Part shown: positions 1 through 11,464 of the stretch, one piece after another | How positions within the stretch are numbered: the stretch's first letter is position 1 | How the letters are laid out: every line of letters begins with the position of its first letter | Source: Mantamonas sphyraenae STR306 | Taxonomy: Eukaryota; Protista; CRuMs | Assembly (NCBI GenBank): GCA_026936335.1 | Contig: JAPMXV010000005.1 | Coordinates: forward strand, 124,001-188,000 | Reading direction: 5' to 3' | DNA: 64,000 bases | Notes under the pieces: generated by a model | Databases searched by the model: none | Told to the model about the DNA's origin: nothing | The model's input: the letters and a program-made list of their open reading frames with translations, nothing else | Made by a program: the position numbers and the translations under genes

Positions 1-84
1 GGCGATTGGGCAGCTCCACACATCGCAAATGAAGAGTTCTGTCCCTGTGGCAATCGCTTGTTTTAGTGTGTTTTCATGTTTGTC

Positions 85-2229
85 TCAATTGACGGACGAC
101 GATGCGATGCCCATGAGACGCATCTGCTCGCGGACGGTAGCGTGGTTTGGCTCCTGTTGCAGGACGCGTTGAAAGCATTGCAAGGCACGGTCTCGGGCAC
201 CCATGGCTGCGTACAGCACACCCAGATTTGTGTTGATGCCCACGTGGTTTGGATTCAGTTTCAGGCCACGTTCGTACTCCTGCACCGCAGCGGGATACTT
301 TTTGCGCTCGGCGTAGACAAAGGCCAGCTTTTCGTAGTTGGTGACATTGCTGGGTCGATGTGCAATCAATTGTTTGTACAGCACCTCCAGATCCTGCAGG
401 GACTTGACCTTTGTCTGGGCACATTCGGCCCCGCGGTGATAGTAGTTCATGCCCGTCCAGGTTTTGCCCAACTTCATGTTCGCCATGCCCATGTGCCGGT
501 ACACGTTGCAATACTCGGGCCAAATCGCAAGTGCCTCTTCCAAATAGCGCAGGGCGTCCGCCCAACGCTCGTGGCGCAGCTGGATGTTGGCCATGTTGTA
601 GGCGTTCTTGGCCGAACCCGGAAACGTCTGATACGCACGCACAAACAGCGTCTCCTCCGATTCCCAATCGCGGTTGCGCGTGTCCGAACGCACAGCGTAG
701 AGAAGCAACACCACAGCCACAGCCAGAAGCAGGGCTGTACGAACGACTCGTGTGCCCGCGGTGGCCTCGTCGGCACGTTCCCACAACTTGACCACCACCC
801 ACGCCACAAGCATGCAGAATCCCAGCGATGGAATGTACATGAGACGCTCTCCAATAAACGTACCCACGCTGAGAAACACGTGGCTGGCTGGCAGAAACGG
901 GATTACCATCCATGCCAGGGCAAAGAGAATCAGGCGCACGTCACGAGCGGTAATCGATACGGCCGTGGATCCCTGCTCGTCGTCACTCTCGGTGGTGCTT
1001 TCCTTGTCATGGCTGCCATCGCGGGCGTCGTTGCCACTGCTGGTGGAGCGAATAGCGAGCCAGACAAAGACAAGAGCCACGTACGGGAGGAGCGAGAGCA
1101 GGTTCCGCGGATCGGCAACCGAATCAATCACAGGCAGAGCGTTGTAGCTGTAGTCGGAACAGAGTGTGTCTGGAAACACAAGGAGGCGCAGGTAGTAAAA
1201 GTGAAGGTAGGGGATGGTGAGAATGCGTGTGGGGCGGTCGACAAAGAGGAGCGGGTTGTCGAGGATGCGAATCACACTGACCGGCGTAAACTCGCCCATG
1301 AGGCGCGCTCGCACGTAGAGATAGGCCACACCAGAGGCAGCGAGTGCCAAAATGCGTTTGAACCACACCCGCCATTTGAGAGTGGGCGAGTGCAGCAGCA
1401 CCGCGATCGGGGAGGAGGGAAGTCGTGCAACGAGGCCGTCGTCGTGCAGAAACACGTACAGCAGATCGTATACAGCCAACACACCCAGCATGGTGATACC
1501 TGTCTCTTTGGCAAACACAGAGAGTGTGAAAAAGAGGACAGAGAGTCCAAAGGGTCGCCAGGCGGTGCGTTCTGCAAAGGCGGCCCTCGAGTAGGCAAGG
1601 AGGCCGGCAGCGTAGAACAGCATGCACAGCAGCTCTGCGCGACCGACCACGTTGGCAATGGCTTCGGTGTGGATCGGATGGCCTGCAAACAGAAGAGATG
1701 CAATTGTGGGGAAGAGCAAGGAGGACACAGAGGACGAGGTGGCGTTGACGGCGATCTGTGACACGAAGAACACGAGCACACAGGCGAGGACGTGGGTGAT
1801 GATGTTGCCCAGATGAAAGAAAAAGGGATCGAGTGTGCTTCCGGCCAAGTGATGGTCGAGACGAAGCATGAGAATGGTGATGGGTCGGTACGACTTGTGA
1901 GACTCTCGGTGTGCAATGGGCTGGCCCCAGAAGTCATGCCAGAAGAGCTGCCACACAGAATTGTTCTGCGTAACATCTTTGTTGTTCTTCACCGCAGCTC
2001 GGTCGTCAAACACAAAGCCATTGTGCACTGACGAGAATGTGCAAGCGACGGCAAAGGACGCAACCACAGCCACTGCAAGCAGATGTTTCCAGGACAGGTG
2101 GAGCACAGGTGGGGCAAACGGGCGGGTCTTTGTTTGCTCAGAATCACTTTCCGAGTCATTCAGGCCCTCTGCAGGGCCTGTATGCTGGCTATGGCTTTGG
2201 ATTTTCCTTCGCCGTGGTTTTGTTCCCAT
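85..2229 (-). CDS. TMTC: TMTC-family protein O-mannosyltransferase (multi-TM GT-C domain + DUF1736-like region + C-terminal TPRs)
   Basis: Family motifs FVFDDRAAV, DFWGQPI..ESHKSYRPIT, HPIHTEAIANVVGRAELL, KETGI, DNPL, LCSDYS and GTFIGERLMYIPSLG; TPR-like C-terminus. Start taken at ATG 2229 (MGTKPRRRK); ATG 2271 is an alternative that overlaps the upstream gene's stop. Confidence 0.92.
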   Translation of the reverse strand: MGTKPRRRKIQSHSQHTGPAEGLNDSESDSEQTKTRPFAPPVLHLSWKHLLAVAVVASFAVACTFSSVHNGFVFDDRAAVKNNKDVTQNNSVWQLFWHDFWGQPIAHRESHKSYRPITILMLRLDHHLAGSTLDPFFFHLGNIITHVLACVLVFFVSQIAVNATSSSVSSLLFPTIASLLFAGHPIHTEAIANVVGRAELLCMLFYAAGLLAYSRAAFAERTAWRPFGLSVLFFTLSVFAKETGITMLGVLAVYDLLYVFLHDDGLVARLPSSPIAVLLHSPTLKWRVWFKRILALAASGVAYLYVRARLMGEFTPVSVIRILDNPLLFVDRPTRILTIPYLHFYYLRLLVFPDTLCSDYSYNALPVIDSVADPRNLLSLLPYVALVFVWLAIRSTSSGNDARDGSHDKESTTESDDEQGSTAVSITARDVRLILFALAWMVIPFLPASHVFLSVGTFIGERLMYIPSLGFCMLVAWVVVKLWERADEATAGTRVVRTALLLAVAVVLLLYAVRSDTRNRDWESEETLFVRAYQTFPGSAKNAYNMANIQLRHERWADALRYLEEALAIWPEYCNVYRHMGMANMKLGKTWTGMNYYHRGAECAQTKVKSLQDLEVLYKQLIAHRPSNVTNYEKLAFVYAERKKYPAAVQEYERGLKLNPNHVGINTNLGVLYAAMGARDRALQCFQRVLQQEPNHATVREQMRLMGIASSSVN

Positions 2230-2257
2230 TTTGCTGGATGCACTGGCGGTCGTCCGG

Positions 2258-5200
2258 TCACCCTGTTGCATCGCCGGACGAGGATGAAGTTGTTTGACGT
2301 TCTGTCTTGAGTTCCTGCACCTGTGTCTCCAGTGCATTCACCTTGCTTGCAGTCTGAGCATGCTCCTCGTTCTTCGCTGCCAGTTCCTCCACCTTCTTGT
2401 CGGTCGACGCCTGCAGCTCCTGCACCTGTGTCTCAAGTGCATTCACCTTGCTCGCAGTCTGAGCATGCTCCTCGTTCTTCGCTGCCAGTTCCTCCACCTT
2501 CTTGTCGGTCGACGCCTGCAGCTCCTGCACCTGTGTCTCAAGTGCATTCACCTTGCTTGCAGTCTGAGCATGCTCCTCGTTCTTCGCTGCCAGTTCCCCC
2601 ACCTTCTTGTCGGTCGACGCCTGCAGCTCCTGCACCTGTGTCTCAAGTGCATTCACCTTGCTTGCAGTCTGAGCATGCTCCTCGTTCTTCGCTGCCAGTT
2701 CCTCCACCTTCTTGTCGGTCGACGCCTGCAGCTCCTGCACCTGTGTCTCCAGTGCATTCACCTTGCTTGCAGTCTGAGCATGCTCCTCGTTCTTCGCTGC
2801 CAGTTCCTCCACCTTCTTGTCGGTCGACGCCTGCAGCTCCTGCACCTGTGTCTCCAGTGCATTCACCTTGCTTGCAGTCTGAGCATGCTCCTCGTTCTTC
2901 GTTGCCAGTTCCTCCACCTTCTTGTCGGTCGACGCCTGCAGCTCCTGCATCTGTGTCTCAAGTGCATTCACCTTGCTCGCAGTCTGAGCATGCTCCTCGT
3001 TCTTCGCTGCCAGTTCCTCCACCTTCTTGTCGGTCGACGCCTGCAGCTCCTGCACCTGTGTCTCCAGTGCATTCACCTTGCTTGCAGTCTGAGCATGCTC
3101 CTCGTTCTTCGTTGCCAGTTCCTCCACCTTCTTGTCGGTCGACGCCTGCAGCTCCTGCACCTGTGTCTCAAGTGCATTCACCTTGCTTGCAGTCTGAGCA
3201 TGCTCCTCGTTCTTCGCTGCCAGTTCCTCCACCTTCTTGTCGGTCGACGCCTGCAGCTCCTGCACCTGTGTCTCCAGTGCATTCACCTTGCTTGCAGTCT
3301 GAGCATGCTCCTCGTTCTTCGTTGCCAGTTCCTCCACCTTCTTGTCGGTCGACGCCTGCAGCTCCTGCATCTGTGTCTCAAGTGCATTCACCTTGTTCGC
3401 AGTCTGAGCATGCTCCTCGTTCTTCGCTGCCAGTTCCCCCACCTTCTTGTCGGTCGACGCCTGCAGCTCCTGCACCTGTGTCTCCAGTGCATTCACCTTG
3501 CTTGCAGTCTGAGCATGCTCCTCGTTCTTCGTTGCCAGTTCCTCCACCTTCTTGTCGGTCGACGCCTGCAGCTCCTGCATCTGTGTCTCAAGTGCATTCA
3601 CCTTGCTCGCAGTCTGAGCATGCTCCTCGTTCTTCGCTGCCAGTTCCTCCACCTTCTTGTCGGTCGACGCCTGCAGCTCCTGCACCTGTGTCTCAAGTGC
3701 ATTCACCTTGCTCGCAGTCTGAGCATGCTCCTCGTTCTTCGCTGCCAGTTCCTCCACCTTCTTGTCGGTCGACGCCTGCAGCTCCTGCACCTGTGTCTCC
3801 AGTGCATTCACCTTGCTTGCAGTCTGAGCATGCTCCTCGTTCTTCGCTGCCAGTTCCTCCACCTTCTTGTCGGTCGACGCCTGCAGCTCCTGCACCTGTG
3901 TCTCAAGTGCATTCACCTTGCTCGCAGTCTGAGCATGCTCCTCGTTCTTCGCTGCCAGTTCCTCCACCTTCTTGTCGGTCGACGCCTGCAGCTCCTGCAT
4001 CTGTGTCTCAAGTGCATTCACCTTGCTTGCAGTCTGAGCATGCTCCTCGTTCTTCGCTGCCAGTTCCCCCACCTTCTTGTCGGTCGACGCCTGCAGCTCC
4101 TGCACCTGTGTCTCAAGTGCATTCACCTTGCTCGCAGTCTGAGCATGCTCCTCGTTCTTCGCTGCCAGTTCCTCCACCTTCTTGTCGGTCGACGCCTGCA
4201 GCTCCTGCACCTGTGTCTCAAGTGCATTCACCTTGCTTGCAGTCTGAGCATGCTCCTCGTTCTTCGCTGCCAGTTCCCCCACCTTCTTGTCGGTCGACGC
4301 CTGCAGCTCCTGCACCTGTGTCTCAAGTGCATTCACCTTGCTTGCAGTCTGAGCATGCTCCTCGTTCTTCGCTGCCAGTTCCTCCACCTTCTTGTCGGTC
4401 GACGCCTGCAGCTCCTGCACCTGTGTCTCCAGTGCATTCACCTTGCTTGCAGTCTGAGCATGCTCCTCGTTCTTCGCTGCCAGTTCCTCCACCTTCTTGT
4501 CGGTCGACGCCTGCAGCTCCTGCACCTGTGTCTCCAGTGCATTCACCTTGCTTGCAGTCTGAGCATGCTCCTCGTTCTTCGTTGCCAGTTCCTCCACCTT
4601 CTTGTCGGTCGACGCCTGCAGCTCCTGCATCTGTGTCTCAAGTGCATTCACCTTGCTCGCAGTCTGAGCATGCTCCTCGTTCTTCGCTGCCAGTTCCTCC
4701 ACCTTCTTGTCGGTCGACGCCTGCAGCTCCTGCACCTGTGTCTCCAGTGCATTCACCTTGCTTGCAGTCTGAGCATGCTCCTCGTTCTTCGTTGCCAGTT
4801 CCTCCACCTTCTTGTCGGTCGACGCCTGCAGCTCCTGCACCTGTGTCTCAAGTGCATTCACCTTGCTTGCAGTCTGAGCATGCTCCTCGTTCTTCGCTGC
4901 CAGTTCCTCCACCTTCTTGTCGGTCGACGCCTGCAGCTCCTGCACCTGTGTCTCCAGTGCATTCACCTTGCTTGCAGTCTGAGCATGCTCCTCGTTCTTC
5001 GTTGCCAGTTCCTCCACCTTCTTGTCGGTCGACGCCTGCAGCTCCTGCATCTGTGTCTCAAGTGCATTCACCTTGTTCGCAGTCTGAGCATGCTCCTCGT
5101 TCTTCGCTGCCAGTTCCCCCACCTTCTTGTCGGTCGACGCCTGCAGCTCCTGCACCTGTGTCTCCAGTGCATTCACCTTGCTTGCAGTCTGAGCATGCTC

Positions 5201-8200
5201 CTCGTTCTTCGTTGCCAGTTCCTCCACCTTCTTGTCGGTCGACGCCTGCAGCTCCTGCATCTGTGTCTCAAGTGCATTCACCTTGCTCGCAGTCTGAGCA
5301 TGCTCCTCGTTCTTCGCTGCCAGTTCCTCCACCTTCTTGTCGGTCGACGCCTGCAGCTCCTGCACCTGTGTCTCAAGTGCATTCACCTTGCTCGCAGTCT
5401 GAGCATGCTCCTCGTTCTTCGCTGCCAGTTCCTCCACCTTCTTGTCGGTCGACGCCTGCAGCTCCTGCACCTGTGTCTCCAGTGCATTCACCTTGCTTGC
5501 AGTCTGAGCATGCTCCTCGTTCTTCGCTGCCAGTTCCTCCACCTTCTTGTCGGTCGACGCCTGCAGCTCCTGCACCTGTGTCTCAAGTGCATTCACCTTG
5601 CTCGCAGTCTGAGCATGCTCCTCGTTCTTCGCTGCCAGTTCCTCCACCTTCTTGTCGGTCGACGCCTGCAGCTCCTGCATCTGTGTCTCAAGTGCATTCA
5701 CCTTGCTTGCAGTCTGAGCATGCTCCTCGTTCTTCGCTGCCAGTTCCCCCACCTTCTTGTCGGTCGACGCCTGCAGCTCCTGCACCTGTGTCTCAAGTGC
5801 ATTCACCTTGCTCGCAGTCTGAGCATGCTCCTCGTTCTTCGCTGCCAGTTCCTCCACCTTCTTGTCGGTCGACGCCTGCAGCTCCTGCATCTGTGTCTCA
5901 AGTGCATTCACCTTGCTTGCAGTCTGAGCATGCTCCTCGTTCTTCGCTGCCATTTCTGCCATCTGCTTCTCTGTCGTCGCCCTCACGTCCTTGATGTCGC
6001 TTGCATTCTGCTCGCTCATCGCACGGACCTGTGCAACTCCAGATTCTTGCACTTCAGCGATCTTTCCGTCACTCTGAGTTCGCAGCTCCTGCATCTGCCC
6101 TGCCAGCTTCTCCTCACTGCTCTGCACCTGCTGCGACAATGCCTTCGCTTGCTCCTCGTTCTTCGCTGCCATTTCTGCCATCTGCTTCTCTGTCGAAGCC
6201 TTGACATCAGCAACCTGTCCATCAGTCTTGCTGCTCAGCTCCTGCATCTGCCCTGCCAGCTTCTCCTCGCTGCTCTGCACCTGCTGCGACAATGCCTTCG
6301 CTTGCTCCTCGCTCTTCGCTGCCATTTCTGCCATCTGCTTCTCTGTCGAAGCCTTGACATCAGCAACCTGTCCCTCAGTCTTGCTGCTCAGCTCCTGCAT
6401 CTGTCCTGCCAGCTTCTCCTCGCTGCTCTGCACCTGTTGCGACAATGCCTTCGCTTGCTCCTCGCTCTTCGCTGCCATTTCTGCCATCTGCTTCTCTGTC
6501 GAAGCCTTGACATCAGCAACCTGTCCCTCAGTCTTGCTGCTCAGCTCCTGCATCTGTCCTGCCAGCTTCTCCTCGCTGCTCTGCACCTGTTGCGACAATG
6601 CCTTCGCTTGCTCCTCGCTCTTCGCTGCCATTTCTGCCATCTGCTTCTCTGTCGTCGCCCTCACGTCCTTGATGTCGCTTGCATTCTGCTCGCTCATCGC
6701 ACGGACCTGTGCAACTCCAGATTCTTGCACTTCAGCGATCTTTCCGTCACTCTGAGTTCGCAGCTCCTGCATCTGCCCTGCCAGCTTCTCCTCACTGCTC
6801 TGCACCTGCTGCGACAATGCCTTCGCTTGCTCCTCGTTCTTCGCTGCCATTTCTGCCATCTGCTTCTCTGTCGAAGCCTTGACATCAGCAACCTGTCCAT
6901 CAGTCTTGCTGCTCAGCTCCTGCATCTGCCCTGCCAGCTTCTCCTCGCTGCTCTGCACCTGCTGCGACAATGCCTTCGCTTGCTCCTCGCTCTTCGCTGC
7001 CATTTCTGCCATCTGCTTCTCTGTCGAAGCCTTGACATCAGCAACCTGTCCCTCAGTCTTGCTGCTCAGCTCCTGCATCTGTCCTGCCAGCTTCTCCTCG
7101 CTGCTCTGCACCTGTTGCGACAATGCCTTCGCTTGCTCCTCGCTCTTCGCTGCCATTTCTGCCATCTGCTTCTCTGTCGAAGCCTTGACATCAGCAACCT
7201 GTCCATCAGTCTTGCTGCTAAGCTCCTGCATCTGCCCTGCCAACTTCTCCTCGCTGCTCTGCACCTGCTGCGACAATGCCTTCGCTTGCTCCTCGTTCTT
7301 TGCTGCCATTTCTGCCATCTGCTTCTCTGTCGACGCCCTCACGTCCTTGATGTCGCTTGCATTCTGCTCGCTCATCACACGAACCTGTGCAACTCCAGAT
7401 TCTTGCACCTCAGCGATCTTTCCATCTGTCTTGCTGCTCAACTCCTCAAGTTTCTTGTCATTCGAAGACTTCAGCTCCTGCATCTGTCCTGCCAACTTCT
7501 CCTCGCTGCTCTGCACCTGCTGCGACAATGCCGTCGCTTGCTCCTCGTTCTTCGCTGCCATTTCTGCCATCTGCTTCTCTGTCGAAGCCTTGACATCAGC
7601 AACCTGTCCATCAGTCTTGCTGCTAAGCTCCTGCATCTGCCCTGCCAACTTCTCCTCGCTGCTCTGCACCTGCTGCGACAATGCCTTCGCTTGCTCCTCG
7701 TTCTTTGCTGCCATTTCTGCCATCTGCTTCTCTGTCGACGCCCTCACGTCCTTGATGTCGCTTGCATTCTGCTCGCTCATCACACGAACCTGTGCAACTC
7801 CAGATTCTTGCACCTCAGCGATCTTTCCATCTGTCTTGCTGCTCAACTCCTCAAGTTTCTTGTCATTCGAAGACTTCAGCTCCTGCATCTGTCCTGCCAG
7901 CTTCTCCTCACTGCTCTGCACCTGCTGAGACAATGCCTTCGCTTGCTCCTCGTTCTTCGCTGCCATTTCCGCCATCTGCTTCTCTGTCGAAGCCTTGACA
8001 TCAGCAACCTGTCCATCAGTCTTGCTGCTCAGCTCCTGCATCTGTCCTGCCAGCTTCTCCTCACTGCTCTGCACCTGCTGCGACAATGCCTTCGCTTGCT
8101 CCTCGTTCTTCGCTGCCATTTCTGCCATCTGCTTCTCTGTCGACGCCTTGACATCAGCAACCTGTCCATCAGTCTTGCTGCTCAGCTCCTGCATCTGCCC

Positions 8201-11200
8201 TGCCATCTTCTCCTCACTGCTCTGCACCTGTTGCGACAATGCCTTCGCTTGCTCCTCGTTCTTCGCTGCCATTTCTGCCATCTGCTTCTCTGTCGAAGCC
8301 TTGACATCAGCAACCTGTCCATCAGTCTTGCTGCTCAGCTCCTGCATCTGTCCTGCCAGCTTCTCCTCACTGCTCTGCACCTGCTGCGACAATGCCTTCG
8401 CTTGCTCCTCGTTCTTCGCTGCCATTTCCGCCATCTGCTTCTCTGTCGAAGCCTTGACATCAGCAACCTGTCCATCAGTCTTGCTGCTCAGCTCCTGCAT
8501 CTGCCCTGCCAGCTTCTCCTCGCTGCTCTGCACCTGTTGCGACAATGCCTTCGCTTGCTCCTCGTTCTTCGCTGCCATTTCTGCCATCTGCTTCTCTGTC
8601 GAAGCTTTGACATCAGCAACCTGTCCCTCAGTCTTGCTGCTCAGCTCCTGCATCTGTCCTGCCAACTTCTCCTCGCTGCTCTGCACCTGCTGCGACAATG
8701 CCTTCGCTTGCTCCTCGTTCTTCGCTGCCATTTCTGCCATCTGCTTCTCTGTCGAAGCCTTGACATCAGCAACCTGTCCCTCAGTCTTGCTGCTCAGCTC
8801 CTGCATCTGTCCTGCCAGCTTCTCCTCACTGCTCTGCACCTGCTGCGACAATGCCTTCGCTTGCTCCTCGCTCTTCGCTGCCATTTCTGCCATCTGCTTC
8901 TCTGTCGAAGCCTTGACATCAGCAACCTGTCCCTCAGTCTTGCTGCTCAGCTCCTGCATTTTAACAGCGTTGGTCGACGCAAGATCCCCGACTTGCTCTT
9001 CCACGGCTGTGCGCAGTCGTTGCACTTCCTTGCCCATTTCATCCAAATCCTGGCTGCTTCGTTCACTCAGCACACGCATCTGCTCCGTTGTACTATGAGC
9101 TAGTGCGTCCATGCGCTGTCCCATCTCGTCTCTCAGTTTTGCCTGCTCCTTTTCGTTTTCCTGCTTGCTTTCTTGGTTCATCTGAGCACACTCCGCGGCG
9201 CTGGCCTCTGCTTTCGCCATACACCGGCTTTCCACGGCCTCCACCTCCTTCTCGCATGCTCCCACGCGCTGGGCCACTGTTTTTGCGGTGTCGTTGGCCA
9301 CACGCTCCATTTGACTCTCCAATGACTTCCTCGTCGTTTGCAGAGCATCATTGCACTCCTTTTGCGTGCTTTCCAACTTGTTTTCTGTGTTCCGCTCGCT
9401 CTCTGCCAGTCGGGCGTCCACACGGGCCTCCAGCTCTTGCATACGGGTTTCCAGGCCTGCCACCACTTCCCGTCGGATCCACCGTTCCATCTGGTCAAAC
9501 CGCGCTTCCAGCTCACCCGACCTTTTCTTCTGCTTGATCAAGCTCTCGTGCAGGGCATCTACCTCCACTTTCAGATTCTTAAACTTGGGCTTGCGCACCT
9601 CGATGTCCAACTGGTTGATCTTCAGGCCATACGTACTTGTTTCCTTCTTCATCTGCACGAGTTCTCTCAAAGCAAACGCCATTTTCTCCTGCGCCTCGCG
9701 CGGCAGATGGCTTAGGCGCACGTAGTTGTCGTACACCGTGTTGATCTTGGCCTGCCACTCTTGCTGCCACATGGTCACCTCTTCATACTTGTCGTACACG
9801 CGGTCCACGACATCGCGTTCGTACCCTTCGCGTGGTTGGAGGAGCACATAGCCTGCCACAGTACCCTTCAACGCCTCCACCGCCTTGGGAGTACCCTGAA
9901 TGGCACGCTCACCACAGCCCAGCTGGCCTTCTGAACCTGCGCCGCACGCGTACAGCTCGAATGCGTCCGTGACGAGCGTGGTGTGGCAGCCACCGCAGCT
10001 GACGCCCACGACCTTGACGCCTTCCCCAAGATAGGGCACCATGACCGGCGCCATTTGATCGTCAAAGTCGCCCAGACCAAGGCGTCCGTCTACGCCGCGG
10101 CCAAACGTGTACAGTTGAAAGTCGTCTGTGATGACGGCTGTGTGAAACGCACAGCTCACGGCTGCCACTCGCTTCTGTGCAAGAGCACTCACCAGCTTGG
10201 GTGCATGGTAGTCTGCGCCGTCATCATGACCCAGCTGTCCGTAGAAGCCACTGCCAAATGTGTACAATTGCTGGTCCTGTGTGACCACAGCGGTGTGGAA
10301 GGCACCCGCAGCGACAGCAATGGCAGGTATTCCCGACAGCGACGACACATGCTTCGGTGCATTGTATGTGTACGTGTTGCCATGGCCCAACCGTCCATGG
10401 TCGCCCTTGCCAAAGGTAAACACTCGTCCGTCGTCGCTGAGGACAACCGAGTGCGCTTGCCCTGCGGCCACGGCTACCACGCGCACGTGCGCCAACGCCT
10501 GTACGCGCTTGGGCAGAGCCAAACTTTCTGTGTCTCCGTGGCCCAGTTGGCCATTTTCGCCGTTGCCAAACGAATACAACGCCTGGTCGGCGGTGACCAC
10601 CAGGGTGTGCGCACCTCCACATGCCACCGCCACAACCTTGAGCGGCACCAAGTCGTCCACCAGCACTGGCGTCAGTCTGTTTTCCGTGTCTCCCACTCCC
10701 AGCTGCCCCCATGCGTTCCATCCAAACGTGTACAGCTCGTGGGACGCCGTCACCACCGCCGTGTGTGCCTCTCCTGCGCTTAAGCACACGATTCGCTCGT
10801 GCTTCAGAGTGTCCACAATGCGCGGTGTGCTGCACTGTTCTGTGTCCCCGTGACCAAGCTGGCCATACCTGTGCACAGTGGTGAGGCGTCCATGTGTGTG
10901 GTTTGCGTGCGTGAGTGCTTTGGCCTTCGACAAATACACAGGGGCCCCTTCCCTCTTCCTTCACGCACTTTCCCTGCCCAAACGTAAATAGCTTGTGGTT
11001 TCCCGCCAATACAGCCGTGTGCGCCCAGCCTGCACTGACACAGAAACCATTCTGCGGTGCTCCCAGGTGGCTGTTGACCACAGACGTGCCAGCACTCGCC
11101 AAGTGTTGGCTCAGCAGCAGCTCCATTGTCCCGTGTCCCAGAGGCTGCACATGCGCAGGCGAATCTCCCAACGCAGGTGACAACGGCGACGAAGCGCTGC

Positions 11201-11313
11201 CCATCAATTGGAACCCTCCAGAAGAATTCTGTTTCCATGATGAGCCGCCCACCTGGCTGGATTCACTTTCGAGTGAGACATCTAGTCCCTTGCCAGGTCC
11301 CGTCCCACTCGCA

Positions 11314-11344
<31 letters not shown>

Positions 11345-11411
11345 CACTGCTCCCACTGCTCCCACTCGTGCCTGTGTTTGTGTGTGCTTTGCCCGGCGAG
11401 TGGTCGTCCAT
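2258..11411 (-). CDS. RCC1-repeat beta-propeller protein with a very long tandem-repeat coiled-coil C-terminus (~3000 aa)
   Basis: Exon 1 11411-10969, intron 10968-10869 (GTGCGT...CACAG), joining FTFGQGK|YGQLGHGD. About 6-7 RCC1 repeats (TFG.G..GQLG.G...V..VA.G..HT), followed by E/Q/K/A-rich 51-aa and 35-aa repeats. Confidence 0.88.
2311..5951. repeat. 105-bp coding tandem repeat, ~34.7 copies (unit KNEEHAQTASKVNALETQVQELQASTDKKVEELAA), with a 1680-bp higher-order duplication
   Basis: Near-identical units recur every 105 nt. The rare variant ccttgttcgc occurs at 3391 and 5071 (1680 = 16x105), and the other variants repeat in the same order. Confidence 0.95.
5952..8959. repeat. 153-bp coding tandem repeat (51 aa, ELSSKTEGQVADVKASTEKQMAEMAAKNEEQAKALSQQVQSSEEKLAGQMQ) with inserted variant units and 678-bp and 405-bp higher-order duplications
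   Basis: gccttgacat recurs at 153-nt spacing (6351, 6504). Matching shadow ORFs occur at 6001/6679 and 7357/7762. Confidence 0.9.
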
Positions 11412-11464
11412 GTCTTGTCGTGTGTTGCTGCAAACCGCGCGTCCGTCCCGCCAAATTTTCCACC

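Noticed and set aside
2311-5951. Possible CRISPR array or non-coding satellite
   Set aside because: There are no unique spacers, the unit is a multiple of 3 and in frame in a protein, and the context is eukaryotic.
2294-9103. Very long plus-strand ORFs (2269 aa, 1223 aa) over the repeat array
   Set aside because: They are antisense shadows of a stop-free repeat unit with implausible L/C/H- or P/S-rich composition. The minus frame is continuous with the RCC1 domain.
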